From: Bacteroidota bacterium
GTDB lineage: Bacteria; Bacteroidota; Bacteroidia; NS11-12g; UBA955
Reading direction: 5' to 3'
Length of the DNA stretch: 64,000 bases
Assembly (NCBI GenBank): GCA_013205405.1
Contig: JABMMZ010000015.1
Location: 1,647-65,646 of the forward strand
The position numbers were made by a program, and so were the translations under genes. The notes under the pieces were generated by a model. That model was not told the origin of the DNA, made no database searches, and saw nothing but the letters and a program-made list of their open reading frames with translations. This document shows positions 1 to 9,530 of this stretch, in pieces; the stretch's first letter is position 1, and each line of letters starts with the position of its first letter.

Positions 1-114
1 ATCATCACCTTCCCCAATGCCCAACAAAATTAACAAACCCTTATTTATATTGCTGTAAACAGTTTTTTCAATTAATACAGAGGCAGAACTAACCCTTTGA
101 ATTACAATTCTCAT
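1..114 (-). CDS. dtd: D-aminoacyl-tRNA deacylase, N-terminal 38 codons; gene runs off the window start
   Basis: Partial, so absent from the ORF track. Reverse complement of 1-114 reads MRIVIQRVSSASVLIEKTVYSNINKGLLILLGIGEGDD, the conserved Dtd N-terminus (IQRV..A.V......GLL.LLG). Confidence 0.8.
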   Translation of the reverse strand, partial: MRIVIQRVSSASVLIEKTVYSNINKGLLILLGIGEGDD

Positions 115-205
115 AAGTTCAACAAACGTACATTAAAATGTTAATATCTCTGAAAAAATGTGCATAAGGCTAGTAAAGTTTAACCTTATTTCGTAAGTCT
201 TAATT

Positions 206-1240
206 ATGGCTACCGATTCACAAGCAGAAAAACTTAAAGCACTTAAACTTACCATTGATAAGCTCGAAAAAAGCTATGGTAAAGGTGTAGTAATGAAAAT
301 GGATGATAAAACAGTAGTTGCTACTGAGGTTATCTCTACAGGGTCTTTTGGGTTAGACTTAGCGCTTGGAGTAGGTGGATTTCCTAAAGGTAGAATAGTT
401 GAAATATACGGACCAGAAAGTAGTGGTAAAACTACATTAGCCATGAGCTGTATAGCTGAAGCTCAAAAAGTTGGAGGTCTTTGTGCTTTTATAGATGCAG
501 AACATGCTTTTGATAAGTTTTATGCACAAAAATTAGGCATTAATACTGCTGAACTAATGATATCTCAGCCAGATGATGGCGAGCAAGCTTTAGAAATAGC
601 AGATAATTTAATTCGTTCGGGAGCTATAGATGTAATAGTAATAGATTCTGTAGCAGCACTTGTGCCACGTGCAGAGTTAGAAGGTGATATGGGCGATAGT
701 AAAATGGGATTACAAGCCCGTTTAATGTCGCAAGCCCTTAGAAAATTGACAGGTACCATTAATAAAACAGGTTGTATTTGTATTTTTATTAACCAATTAA
801 GAGAAAAAATTGGTGTAATGTTTGGCAATCCAGAAACAACTACTGGCGGTAATGCACTTAAGTTTTATGCATCTGTAAGATTAGATATTAGAAGAATAGG
901 CCAAATAAAAGATGGAGATGAAATATGTGGCAACCGCACTAAAGTAAAAGTAGCTAAAAATAAAGTCGCACCGCCTTTCCGTGTTGTAGAATTTGATATT
1001 ATGTATGGCAAAGGTATTTCTAGAGTAGGCGAAGTACTAGATTTAGCAGTAGATAATGGTATTGTTCAAAAAAGTGGTTCATGGTTTAGTTATGGTGCCA
1101 CCAAATTAGGCCAAGGCAGAGATTCTGTTAAAGAACTGTTAGAAGACAATGTAGAAATGGTAAAAGAAATAGAAGGAAAATTAAAGGAAAAACTAATGGC
1201 AGGAGCCATTGAAATAAAAGAAGATAAATCGGAAGATTAA
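206..1240 (+). CDS. recA: recombinase RecA
   Basis: 344-aa ORF. Walker [52 protein letters not shown]; full-length RecA pattern. Confidence 0.98.
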   Translation: MATDSQAEKLKALKLTIDKLEKSYGKGVVMKMDDKTVVATEVISTGSFGLDLALGVGGFPKGRIVEIYGPESSGKTTLAMSCIAEAQKVGGLCAFIDAEHAFDKFYAQKLGINTAELMISQPDDGEQALEIADNLIRSGAIDVIVIDSVAALVPRAELEGDMGDSKMGLQARLMSQALRKLTGTINKTGCICIFINQLREKIGVMFGNPETTTGGNALKFYASVRLDIRRIGQIKDGDEICGNRTKVKVAKNKVAPPFRVVEFDIMYGKGISRVGEVLDLAVDNGIVQKSGSWFSYGATKLGQGRDSVKELLEDNVEMVKEIEGKLKEKLMAGAIEIKEDKSED

Positions 1241-1301
1241 ATTCTTATAAAAGATATAATTAATAAAACTGAAATATTAATTGTGTAAATGTGTGCAAAG
1301 G

Positions 1302-1330
1302 CTCTCGTATATAAAATACGAGAGTTTTTT
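1302..1330 (+). terminator. Rho-independent terminator after recA
   Basis: Stem CTCTCGTAT (1302-1310) / ATACGAGAG (1316-1324), 5-nt loop, then TTTTTT (1325-1330). Confidence 0.75.
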
Positions 1331-1454
1331 GCGTTATAACAAGTTCTAAATATTAATAATGACTAACAAAATCCTCATTTTTGAAATCAAAAAATACCCC
1401 CAAATAAAAAGGAATATGTGGAAAACTAAATAAGTCGTACCTTTGTGGCCAAAT

Positions 1455-3074
1455 ATGCCTTATAATAAAGACTTTAATAGCGGTAAACCACCTAAAAGAA
1501 ATGATAAACCTTACGGTAAAAGTAAGGACAACGATAGAAGCGAAAATACCCGTAGAGACAAGCCAAGTGAATTTAAAGATAGAGATTCAAATGATAGAAG
1601 CCCTGAAGACAAACCTAGAGATAAAGATGAATTAGCACCTCCGCGTTTTTTTGAAAAACCATTCAAAAAAGATAGAGATTTTAACGATAGACCTAAGCGT
1701 AATTTCAATAACGACCGACCAGGTGGCGATAGACCATATAATTCTGATCGTCCGCCTTATAAAAAAGATGGTGACTTTGGTGATAGACCAAAACGCAACT
1801 TTTTGAATGATAGGCCAAGTGGAGATAGACCAAACAATAACGACCGCTCTTACAAAAAGGGAGGTAATTTTGGCGAAGGTCCTAAAAGAAACTTTAACAG
1901 CGATAGACCAAACAACGACCGCCCATATAATAACGACCGCCCACCTTACAAAAAGGATGGCGATTTTGGCGATAGACCTAAAAGAAACTTTAACAGCGAT
2001 AGACCGAACAACGACCGCCCCTATAGCAACGACCGTCCACCCTATAAAAAGGATGGCGACTTTGGCGATAAATCCAAAAGAAATTTTAACAGTGATAGAC
2101 CGAATACCGACCGTCCGTATAACAACGACCGCCCACCTTATAAAAAAGATAGCGACTTTGGCGATAGACCCAAAAGAAACTATGGCACAGATAGGCCAAA
2201 TAATGACCGCCCCTTTAATAATGATGGCGATGAGCGTAAGACTTACAAACTAAAATATGATCCAGAAATAAAAAACAAACCTTCCTTTAGAGAAAGAAAT
2301 CCTAAAACCTTTGGCGAGCGCAAAAAAGAACTTTTAGGAATAGTAGAAGACAAAGAAAGTATCCGTTTGAATAAATATGTAGCCAATTCTGGTATTTGCA
2401 GCCGTAGAGAAGCCGATGAGTTAATAGCCAAAGGTTTAGTTTCTGTTAATGGTACTGTTGTTTTAGAAATGGGTCATAAAGTAGCCAAAAGCGATACAGT
2501 GATGTACGAAGGTAGAAAAATCTTACCAGAGCCTTTTGTTTATGTTATTATGAATAAGCCCAAAGATTTTTTAACTACTACCGATGACGATCAAGGCCGT
2601 AAAACAGTAATGGATTTAATAGCGGATAAAATTCAACAACGTATATTTCCAATTGGTAGATTAGATAGAAATACTACTGGTGTATTGTTATTGACAAACG
2701 ATGGCGATGTTACACAAGCGTTAACACACCCTAGTTTTGAAATTAAAAAGGTATACCATGTAGAATTGGATAAAAAAGTGATAGAATCAGATTTAGATAA
2801 ATTGGTAGAAGGTATAACATTAGAAGATGGCGAAGTACATGCCGATGCTGCAGCTTTTGTAGAAACAGAAGATAAAAAACACGTGGGTATTGAAATTCAT
2901 AATGGTAGAAATCGTATAGTAAGACGTATGTTCGAGCATTTAGGTTACCAAGTTGAAAAATTAGATAGAGTTAGTTTTGGTATTTTTACAAAAAAGGATT
3001 TACCACGTGGTAAATGGAGGCACTTATCGGCAAGTGAAGTTGGTTTTTTAATGAAACTAAAAGCCAAAATGTAA
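1455..3074 (+). CDS. rluB: pseudouridine synthase, RsuA/RluB family, with ~290-aa repetitive N-terminal extension
   Basis: S4 domain IRLNKYVANSGICSRREADELI and catalytic motif GRLDRNTTGVLLLTNDG in the C-terminal 250 aa. The track ORF opens at TTG 1443; ATG 1455 (MPYNKD) is the more likely start. Confidence 0.85.
   Translation: MPYNKDFNSGKPPKRNDKPYGKSKDNDRSENTRRDKPSEFKDRDSNDRSPEDKPRDKDELAPPRFFEKPFKKDRDFNDRPKRNFNNDRPGGDRPYNSDRPPYKKDGDFGDRPKRNFLNDRPSGDRPNNNDRSYKKGGNFGEGPKRNFNSDRPNNDRPYNNDRPPYKKDGDFGDRPKRNFNSDRPNNDRPYSNDRPPYKKDGDFGDKSKRNFNSDRPNTDRPYNNDRPPYKKDSDFGDRPKRNYGTDRPNNDRPFNNDGDERKTYKLKYDPEIKNKPSFRERNPKTFGERKKELLGIVEDKESIRLNKYVANSGICSRREADELIAKGLVSVNGTVVLEMGHKVAKSDTVMYEGRKILPEPFVYVIMNKPKDFLTTTDDDQGRKTVMDLIADKIQQRIFPIGRLDRNTTGVLLLTNDGDVTQALTHPSFEIKKVYHVELDKKVIESDLDKLVEGITLEDGEVHADAAAFVETEDKKHVGIEIHNGRNRIVRRMFEHLGYQVEKLDRVSFGIFTKKDLPRGKWRHLSASEVGFLMKLKAKM
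1692..2230 (+). repeat. about 5.5 tandem copies of a 96-bp (one 93-bp) unit inside the rluB-like CDS
   Basis: Unit starts (CC[TA/A]AA[AG/AC]G...) at 1692, 1788, 1881, 1977, 2073, 2169. Each encodes about 32 aa: RPKRNFNSDRPNNDRPYNNDRPPYKKDGDFGD. Confidence 0.9.
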
Positions 3075-3118
3075 AATATTATTTAATGTAATTTTATTCT
3101 TATAATTGTAACTTAATA

Positions 3119-4045
3119 ATGCAAATAAATAGTAAAATTTATATAGCAGGTCACAGAGGAATGGTTGGAAGTGCTGTTCACAGAGCACTGCTATCAAAAG
3201 GGTATTCTAATATAGTAACCAGAACTAGTGGAGAGTTAGATTTACGTAATCAAGCTGCGGTAGCAGAATTTTTTCAATTAGAAAAACCAGAATATGTTTT
3301 TTTATGTGCCGCTAAAGTAGGAGGTATAGTGGCCAATAATACCTACAGAGCCGATTTTTTATACGATAATTTAGCAATTCAAAATAATATTATCCATTCT
3401 TCGTTTGTAAATGATGTTGTAAAATTAATGTTTTTTGGCAGCAGTTGTATTTATCCTAAATTAGCACCACAGCCTTTAAAAGAAGAGTATCTCCTAACTG
3501 GATTATTAGAACAAACCAATGAACCTTATGCTATAGCTAAAATTGCTGGTATCAAACTGTGCGAAGCATATCGCGACCAATATGGTTGTAATTTTATAAG
3601 TATTATGCCAACCAATTTGTATGGCAAAAACGATAATTACCATCTAGAAAATAGCCATGTGTTACCAGCTCTAATTCTCAAGTTTCACGAAGCTAAAATA
3701 AATAATTTAGCCTCAGTAGAAATTTGGGGAACGGGATTACCCATGCGTGAGTTTTTATATGCCGATGATTTAGCTTCTGCAGCCTTATTTTTAATGCAAA
3801 ATTATAATGATAAGCAGTTTGTAAATATAGGAACAGGGGTAGATTTAAGTATAAAAGATTTAGCCAATTTGGTTAAAAATATTATTGGATATGAAGGTGA
3901 ATTGGTATTTAACAAAACAAAACCAGATGGCACACCAAGAAAACTAATGGATGTAAGCTATTTGCATAATTTGGGTTGGCAGCATTCTACACAATTAAAA
4001 GACGGTATTCAGCTGGCTTATCAGGATTTTTTAGCAAGAAATTAA
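3119..4045 (+). CDS. fcl: GDP-L-fucose synthase (GDP-4-keto-6-deoxymannose epimerase/reductase)
   Basis: 308 aa. Rossmann [17 protein letters not shown], YxxxK in PYAIAKIAG; typical Fcl length. Confidence 0.9.
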   Translation: MQINSKIYIAGHRGMVGSAVHRALLSKGYSNIVTRTSGELDLRNQAAVAEFFQLEKPEYVFLCAAKVGGIVANNTYRADFLYDNLAIQNNIIHSSFVNDVVKLMFFGSSCIYPKLAPQPLKEEYLLTGLLEQTNEPYAIAKIAGIKLCEAYRDQYGCNFISIMPTNLYGKNDNYHLENSHVLPALILKFHEAKINNLASVEIWGTGLPMREFLYADDLASAALFLMQNYNDKQFVNIGTGVDLSIKDLANLVKNIIGYEGELVFNKTKPDGTPRKLMDVSYLHNLGWQHSTQLKDGIQLAYQDFLARN

Positions 4046-4645
4046 ATGCCCATAAAATATAATCCAGAAGCTACTAATTTAATTAATGAATATATAGATT
4101 CTATGCCAGAATGGAGCAGAGAAATATGCATTAAATTAAGAAATATTATTCACAAGGCTGACCCTAAAATGATAGAAGGTTGGCAGTTGGGCCCACATTT
4201 TCATCACAATGGCATTGTTTGTGGATTTGTTTCCTTAAAAAAATATGTGGCATTAGTTTTTTATCATGGCGCAAAACTTAAAGACGAAAAAAATAATTTA
4301 ATAGAAGACGCACACAGTATTGATTTTAAAAAAATACACTATTCGGTAGTAAAAGATATTAAGGATAAATTTTTAATAAACCTTGTAAAAGAAGCGGTTC
4401 AAATAAATGTGAGTGGCAAAGCTATTTCAACACGTAAAGAAAACGATACGGAAATAGAAACCCCAGCAGATTTACAAAAAGAAATAGATGCCAATGCTTT
4501 GTCAGAATATTTTGATATTTTGGCCTACACCCATAGAAAAGAGTTTATTAATTGGGTAAATGAGGCTAAGAAAGAGGAAACACGTAAGATACGTATTGTA
4601 AAAACAATAGAAATGCTATCTAAGAAGTCAAAAATGCCCAGCTAA
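4046..4645 (+). CDS. DUF1801 (YdhG-like) plus YdeI/OmpD-associated domain protein
   Basis: C-terminal HRKEFINWVNEAKKEETRKIRIVKTIEML resembles the YdeI family signature. Start abuts the fcl stop (TAAATG). Confidence 0.6.
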   Translation: MPIKYNPEATNLINEYIDSMPEWSREICIKLRNIIHKADPKMIEGWQLGPHFHHNGIVCGFVSLKKYVALVFYHGAKLKDEKNNLIEDAHSIDFKKIHYSVVKDIKDKFLINLVKEAVQINVSGKAISTRKENDTEIETPADLQKEIDANALSEYFDILAYTHRKEFINWVNEAKKEETRKIRIVKTIEMLSKKSKMPS

Positions 4646-4650
4646 TATTA

Positions 4651-5553
4651 CTATTTTGTATCAATAATGATTGGACTGTTGCCTTTGCCCATAATGATTA
4701 CTTTGGTATTATTAGATTTGGCTAATTCTAAATTGGCTTTAATACTTTCATATTGCAATTGTTTGTCGCTTAAGCCAGTAGAAATAATTTGCTGATAATC
4801 TGCAATACCTTGTGCTTCTACTCTTTTACGTTCAGCCTCTTGTTTTTCTTTTTGCAATACAAATTGCATTTTTTGGGCATCTTGTTCTGCATTTATTTTA
4901 GATTCAATAGTGGCCTTTACAGATTGAGGAAGTGTTATATTTCTAACTAAAAGTTGCTCTAATATTAAACCACGATTTTTAAAATCTTTTTCAATACTAT
5001 TAAAAATACGCAACTGAAAAGTATCGCGTTTTGTACTATATAATGCCACAGCATCATAGTAAACGGCATTATCTCTTATCTTGGTTCTAGTTAAAGGACG
5101 TACTATTTTATCATTGTAATCATTTCCAGTTTCTTTTAATAAACGAGGTGCTTCCGAAGGTATTACACGGTACAATACTGTCAAATCTATTGTAACCTCT
5201 AATCCATCTGCAGTAAGCACTCTGATAGCGTCATCTCCAGACTTTTGTCCTTCGTCATGAATGCCACTCATAGTATAGTTCTGAGTTTTAATATCAATAT
5301 TTTTTATATCCACAAAAGGGTTTACAAAGTTTAATCCACTTTGAAGTATATTGTCATCTATTTTTCCAAATAAAGATTTAACACCTATATGCCCAGCATC
5401 TATTTGCTTTATGCAAGCATTCAAAGCACCTAAACACATTATAACCAAGCCAGTTATTTTTATAGTGTTAATGTATTTTCTAATTGGAGAGTTAATTTTT
5501 AAAATGAATTTTGCAACTGCAAAAATGATTAATCCTATTATAATTAGTGCCAT
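4651..5553 (-). CDS. SPFH/band-7 (prohibitin-like) membrane protein
   Basis: N-terminal TM helices, an SPFH core (GHIGVKSLFGK...LTADGLEVTIDLTVLYR), then a coiled-coil QKEKQEAERKRVEAQGIADYQ. Confidence 0.8.
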   Translation of the reverse strand: MALIIIGLIIFAVAKFILKINSPIRKYINTIKITGLVIMCLGALNACIKQIDAGHIGVKSLFGKIDDNILQSGLNFVNPFVDIKNIDIKTQNYTMSGIHDEGQKSGDDAIRVLTADGLEVTIDLTVLYRVIPSEAPRLLKETGNDYNDKIVRPLTRTKIRDNAVYYDAVALYSTKRDTFQLRIFNSIEKDFKNRGLILEQLLVRNITLPQSVKATIESKINAEQDAQKMQFVLQKEKQEAERKRVEAQGIADYQQIISTGLSDKQLQYESIKANLELAKSNNTKVIIMGKGNSPIIIDTK

Positions 5554-5723
5554 ATATTTATGTTATTTGTATTTCAAAGGTATTACATATAAATATACAT
5601 CCACATACTTATCGACCAACTTTACAAATTACTACTCAAAAATTATTTTCTCAGTATTCTTTCCTTTTATTGTTTCAACTTTAAAATATCATCTAGTATA
5701 TTTATACTTACCTTGCAACCTTT

Positions 5724-6314
5724 ATGCAATCTATTTTTGAAACCTTAATTGCCTCATTTTTAGAAAATAATGTTGGTGTTGCGAATGGATTTTTGAGTAC
5801 TGAATTGGTAGAGAAATTAACGCAAAATTTATTACAATTGGAAATGAATGACCAATTAAAAAGTGCGGGAACAAGTAATTCTAAATTGGCAAGTTATGAT
5901 ACTACTGTTAGAGGTGATAGTATTTATTGGTTAGATAAAAGTCATAATGATATTTATGAAAATAAATTTTTAGAATTAGTAGAAGATTTTATAAGGTATC
6001 TAAATAGTAGCTGCTTTACTGGAATTACAGATTGCGAATTTCATTATGCGTTATATAAAAAAGGCAGTTACTATATCAAACATCTTGATCAATTTAGAAA
6101 TAATTCCGGAAGGCAGTATTCCATGATAAGTTATTTAGACAATAATTGGAAAGCAGAAGATGGTGGCGAATTACTTATCCATCAGGTTAATAATAACCAA
6201 ACAATAAGTCCTACTCAAGGTAAAACTGTTTTTTTTAAAAGTAATGAAATGTATCATGAGGTATTAAAAACCAATATAAGTAGAATGAGTATTACTGGTT
6301 GGTTAAAGTGTTAA
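5724..6314 (+). CDS. 2OG-Fe(II) oxygenase (prolyl-4-hydroxylase-like)
   Basis: HxD in IKHLDQF, distal His in MYHEVL, Arg in RMSITGW; size typical of the P4Hc/2OG-FeII_Oxy_3 type. Confidence 0.65.
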   Translation: MQSIFETLIASFLENNVGVANGFLSTELVEKLTQNLLQLEMNDQLKSAGTSNSKLASYDTTVRGDSIYWLDKSHNDIYENKFLELVEDFIRYLNSSCFTGITDCEFHYALYKKGSYYIKHLDQFRNNSGRQYSMISYLDNNWKAEDGGELLIHQVNNNQTISPTQGKTVFFKSNEMYHEVLKTNISRMSITGWLKC

Positions 6315-6365
6315 AAATATCTGCTCATCATTTTTTATTATCTTTGCTCCTTAAAATTTCTTGAA

Positions 6366-7010
6366 TTGAACTTTTTAGCACATTATTTTTTCGATAAAAC
6401 AGAAAGTGTTTACCATAATGTCGGCTTGGTGTTACCCGATTTAAACAGAAATTTTTGTAAAGGTAATTTACAACTTAATACAACATTTGAAAAACAAATT
6501 CTGAATGATATTCAACAAGGCTGTATCAAACATATAGCTAAAGATAAAATTTTCCATCAATCCAATTTTTTTAAAGAGACCCAAAAACAAATTAGTCAAT
6601 TAATTGATCATCAATCAAGATGGCCGCGCAAGTGGTTCTTAAACCACATTTTGGTTGAAATAATGTTAGACAGAGCCTTAATGGATCAATATCCTTTATT
6701 ATGCCAGCAGTTTTATAATGACTTGGAGTTGGCTGAAATAATTCATTTAGAAGAATTCTTAAAGCATTCCGGTATTGAAGATTACCAAGAGTTCGGTCAT
6801 AAATATGTAAAATTTAATGAATATAAATTTATTTTTAACTATTTACACAATGAAAAGCTAATTATTGCGTTAAGTAAAATATATCAAAAAGTAGGCATCA
6901 AATACGAATGGAGTGCAGCAGACGAAAATATACTAAATAGAAATTTTATAGAAATACTTCAAATAGTAGATAATAAAATGCCGGAATTGATAAATGAAAT
7001 AGAAAATTAA
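6366..7010 (+). CDS. acyl carrier protein phosphodiesterase (AcpH)-like protein
   Basis: TTG start. N-terminus (M)NFLAHYFF matches the AcpH MNFLAHL signature; GCIKHIAKDKIFH motif follows. Confidence 0.6.
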   Translation: MNFLAHYFFDKTESVYHNVGLVLPDLNRNFCKGNLQLNTTFEKQILNDIQQGCIKHIAKDKIFHQSNFFKETQKQISQLIDHQSRWPRKWFLNHILVEIMLDRALMDQYPLLCQQFYNDLELAEIIHLEEFLKHSGIEDYQEFGHKYVKFNEYKFIFNYLHNEKLIIALSKIYQKVGIKYEWSAADENILNRNFIEILQIVDNKMPELINEIEN

Positions 7011-8162
7011 ATGATGAATTTTAAAAAAGAAAGAAGAAGTTTGCAGTATCCTATGATAAAATATATTTTAATGGCCTTGGCTATTATTGGTTTTCAAAAT
7101 GCTATTTATTCGCAAAGTGCGCCTAAGTACAGTAATGAATTTTTACAAATAGGTGTTGGTGCACGCTCATTAGGTATGGGTGGTGCTGTATTGGCAAGTA
7201 CCAACGATGTATTTGCTAGCTATTGGAATCCTGCTTCATTAACAAAAATAGAAAACAATGTTCAAGTTTCTTTAATGCATGCATCTTATTTTGCTGGTAT
7301 AGCCAATTACGACTATGGTGCTTATGCAACTAAAGTAGGAGATAATAGTTCCATTGGCATCAGTTTGATTCGTTTTGGAGTAGATGGCATAGCCAATACT
7401 TATGATTTAATTCGCAATGGCGAAATAGATTATACCCGAGTTACTTCTTTTAATACTTCAGATTTTGCAGCTATTTTCTCCTATGCTCAAACAGCGGAAG
7501 TTAAGCAATTTAGAAAATTAGACTTTAGTTGGGGAGCCAATATGAAAATAATTAGACGAAAAGTGGGGCCATTTGCTAAGGCCATTGGTTTTGGTTTTGA
7601 TGGCAGTATGAAATTAGAAAATACAGATAAAAACTGGGCATTTGGCCTTGTAATTAGAGATATTACCTCTACTTTTAATAGTTGGCGCTATACATTTACA
7701 GACGCACAAAAAGATGTTCTAGCAGCTACCCAAAATGCAATTCCCAAAAATACTTTAGAAATTACCTTACCTAGAATAATGACAGGCTACGCCAAAACTT
7801 GGGAGAAAAATAATTTATCTTTATTAACCGAAATAGATGCCAACATAACATTAGATGGCAAACGCAATACTTTATTAAAAACAAATGTTTTTAGTGTAGA
7901 TCCTTATTTGGGTGTTGAGGCAGGATATAAAATATCTGAAAACAATAAAATTAACTTAAGAATGGGTGTCAATAATTATCAAACATATACCAATAAAAAC
8001 GGGAAAAAAGTAGCCAGTGTAATGCCAAACGTAGGCTTAGGCATAGCTTTAGGAAAGTTTTCTATAGATTACGCACTTACCAATTTATCGGCATTAGCCG
8101 GCAATGGCCCATCACTTTATAGCAATATTTTTTCTTTAAAATTAGCAATAGATAAGCAGTAA
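7011..8162 (+). CDS. PorV/PorQ-family outer-membrane beta-barrel (type IX secretion associated)
   Basis: Signal peptide ending YSQ, then FLQIGVGARSLGMGGAVLAS..D....WNPASL, the hallmark N-terminal motif of the PorV/PorQ family. Alternating beta pattern to the C-terminus. Confidence 0.65.
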   Translation: MMNFKKERRSLQYPMIKYILMALAIIGFQNAIYSQSAPKYSNEFLQIGVGARSLGMGGAVLASTNDVFASYWNPASLTKIENNVQVSLMHASYFAGIANYDYGAYATKVGDNSSIGISLIRFGVDGIANTYDLIRNGEIDYTRVTSFNTSDFAAIFSYAQTAEVKQFRKLDFSWGANMKIIRRKVGPFAKAIGFGFDGSMKLENTDKNWAFGLVIRDITSTFNSWRYTFTDAQKDVLAATQNAIPKNTLEITLPRIMTGYAKTWEKNNLSLLTEIDANITLDGKRNTLLKTNVFSVDPYLGVEAGYKISENNKINLRMGVNNYQTYTNKNGKKVASVMPNVGLGIALGKFSIDYALTNLSALAGNGPSLYSNIFSLKLAIDKQ

Positions 8163-8168
8163 TTTTAT

Positions 8169-8669
8169 ATGAAAATATCACTTATAGCGGCTATGGATAA
8201 AAATAATGCCATAGGATATAAAAATGAATTGCTTTGGCATTTGCCAGACGATTTTAATTGGTTTAAAGAAAAAACTAAGGGTAAGCCTATGGTAATGGGA
8301 CGCAATACCATGTTGTCATTAGGCAAACCTTTACCTAACAGACTTAATATAGTGGTTTCTTCTAAAAATGAAGCCATAATAGAGGGTTTTATTTATGCTA
8401 AAAATTTAGAGGAAACAGTTACTCTAGTGCCAGCAGATACTGAAGAATTAATGGTAATAGGCGGAGGCAAAGTATATGCTCAAATGTTGCATAAAGCCCA
8501 TAAAATTTATATTACCAAAGTACACAATGAATGGCCGAATGTAGATACTTTTTTCCCCCATTGGCCAACCAATGAGTGGGAACAAACTTACCACGAAATA
8601 CACCCAAAAGATGAAAAACATGCCTACAGTTTTGAGTTTTTAATACTTGAAAGAAAGTTGGTATTTTAA
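8169..8669 (+). CDS. folA: dihydrofolate reductase
   Basis: ISLIAAMDKNNAIGYKNELLWHLPDDFNWFKEKTKGKPMVMGRNT, VIGGGKVY; 166 aa. Confidence 0.95.
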   Translation: MKISLIAAMDKNNAIGYKNELLWHLPDDFNWFKEKTKGKPMVMGRNTMLSLGKPLPNRLNIVVSSKNEAIIEGFIYAKNLEETVTLVPADTEELMVIGGGKVYAQMLHKAHKIYITKVHNEWPNVDTFFPHWPTNEWEQTYHEIHPKDEKHAYSFEFLILERKLVF

Positions 8670-8733
8670 TCCATTAGTTGGTCTTCAGGACCAACCTATA
8701 GGGAAAGAATCTCTCTTTTGATAGTGTGAGATG

Positions 8734-8782
8734 TTTTGCTCTGCTCAATATGACACCAAAGCGGAGCAAAATTATGTTTTTG
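8734..8782 (+). terminator. hairpin plus T-rich tract downstream of folA (weak terminator candidate)
   Basis: TTTTGCTCTGC (8734-8744) pairs with GCGGAGCAAAA (8761-8771) with one G-U pair and a 16-nt loop, followed by TTATGTTTTTG. A second 7-bp hairpin GTTGGTC/GACCAAC lies at 8677-8695. Confidence 0.3.
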
Positions 8783-8790
8783 TTATCCTG

Positions 8791-9444
8791 CTAACCAGGT
8801 ATTCTCGAAATATTTTTTTCCATTATTTGAAGTTGTTTTACAATTTCTTCTCCTTTTGGTTTTAAGGCTTTGGCTTTTCTATAATAATCTTTGCCTATTT
8901 TATTATTAGCCCTTTGTATTTCCATACTGCACAGTTGTAAATATACACTTGCTAAGCTTTCTTTATCAGGAATACCCGCTCTTATGGCTTGTTTTAGTGT
9001 TTCTCTAGCTTCTTTGCCTTTACCTTGTTGCAGTTGAATAAATCCTAGTTGCATTAAATTAGTGCCTTCTAAATTGCCAGCCATAGAAGATTTTGTTTGC
9101 AAGCTTTTACGAATATTACTTTCGGCAGCATTCAAATCTTTATTAGCCATAGATAAATTACTTTGCAACATATAATAACCACTGCGTACGGGTTTAATTA
9201 ATAAACGCGGGAATTTTATTTTATTAATATACACTATGGCTTTATCTACATCGCCCTCGGCAACAGCCTCTTGTACTATACGCATAGTGCCTATCATGAA
9301 ATAAAGTAATAACGAAATAAATGCAAGCACATATAATATCCATGCTAATATTAGGTCGCCAAATAAATGCGACAAAACACCTAATACAATTAATAAAAGG
9401 CTAATAGGTAAGCGGTAAAGAATGTAAATACGTAAAAATTTCAT
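8791..9444 (-). CDS. membrane-anchored TPR-repeat protein
   Basis: Two N-terminal TM helices, then TPR-like helices (DVDKAIVYINK, NAAESNIRKSLQ, GKEARETLKQAIRAG). Confidence 0.55.
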   Translation of the reverse strand: MKFLRIYILYRLPISLLLIVLGVLSHLFGDLILAWILYVLAFISLLLYFMIGTMRIVQEAVAEGDVDKAIVYINKIKFPRLLIKPVRSGYYMLQSNLSMANKDLNAAESNIRKSLQTKSSMAGNLEGTNLMQLGFIQLQQGKGKEARETLKQAIRAGIPDKESLASVYLQLCSMEIQRANNKIGKDYYRKAKALKPKGEEIVKQLQIMEKNISRIPG

Positions 9445-9471
9445 ACTATAAAATAAGACTGCAAAGGTGAT

Positions 9472-9501
9472 AAAAAAAAGCGATAATTTCTTATCGCTTT
9501 T
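9472..9501 (-). terminator. Rho-independent terminator after the OmpA-family gene
   Basis: AAAAGCGATAA (9476-9486) / TTATCGCTTTT (9491-9501), 4-nt loop. On the minus strand it is followed by a U-run from the A-run at 9472-9479. Confidence 0.7.
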
Positions 9502-9530
9502 TAAGTATTTTTTTATACCATTTATCTATT

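Noticed and set aside
565-828. Antisense or overlapping ORFs inside well-supported genes. Examples: 565-828, 1511-1708, 2243-2431, 5351-5740, 8165-8377, 9571-9945, 11779-12042, 13566-13757, 14506-14724, 15268-15669, 17683-17874, 21816-22022, 35298-35660, 44921-45121, 53277-53546, 54359-54946, 56549-57395, 58366-59049, 59489-59846, 61135-61512, 62902-63159.
   Set aside because: Each lies wholly within a longer ORF carrying strong family motifs on the other strand or frame. Their translations are low-complexity (S/L/I/F-rich) with no recognisable motifs. They are shadow ORFs typical of AT-rich DNA.
1692-2230. Possible CRISPR array, given regular 96-bp periodicity.
   Set aside because: The units are contiguous, with no unique spacers, and lie inside an open reading frame with coding-type substitution patterns. 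No cas genes are present in the window.
1807-2253. 148-aa ORF in an alternative frame across the rluB tandem repeat, with a periodic T-T-A-H/AID pattern.
   Set aside because: Its periodicity simply mirrors the 96-bp DNA repeat. The repeat differences are mostly synonymous in the rluB frame, not in this one.
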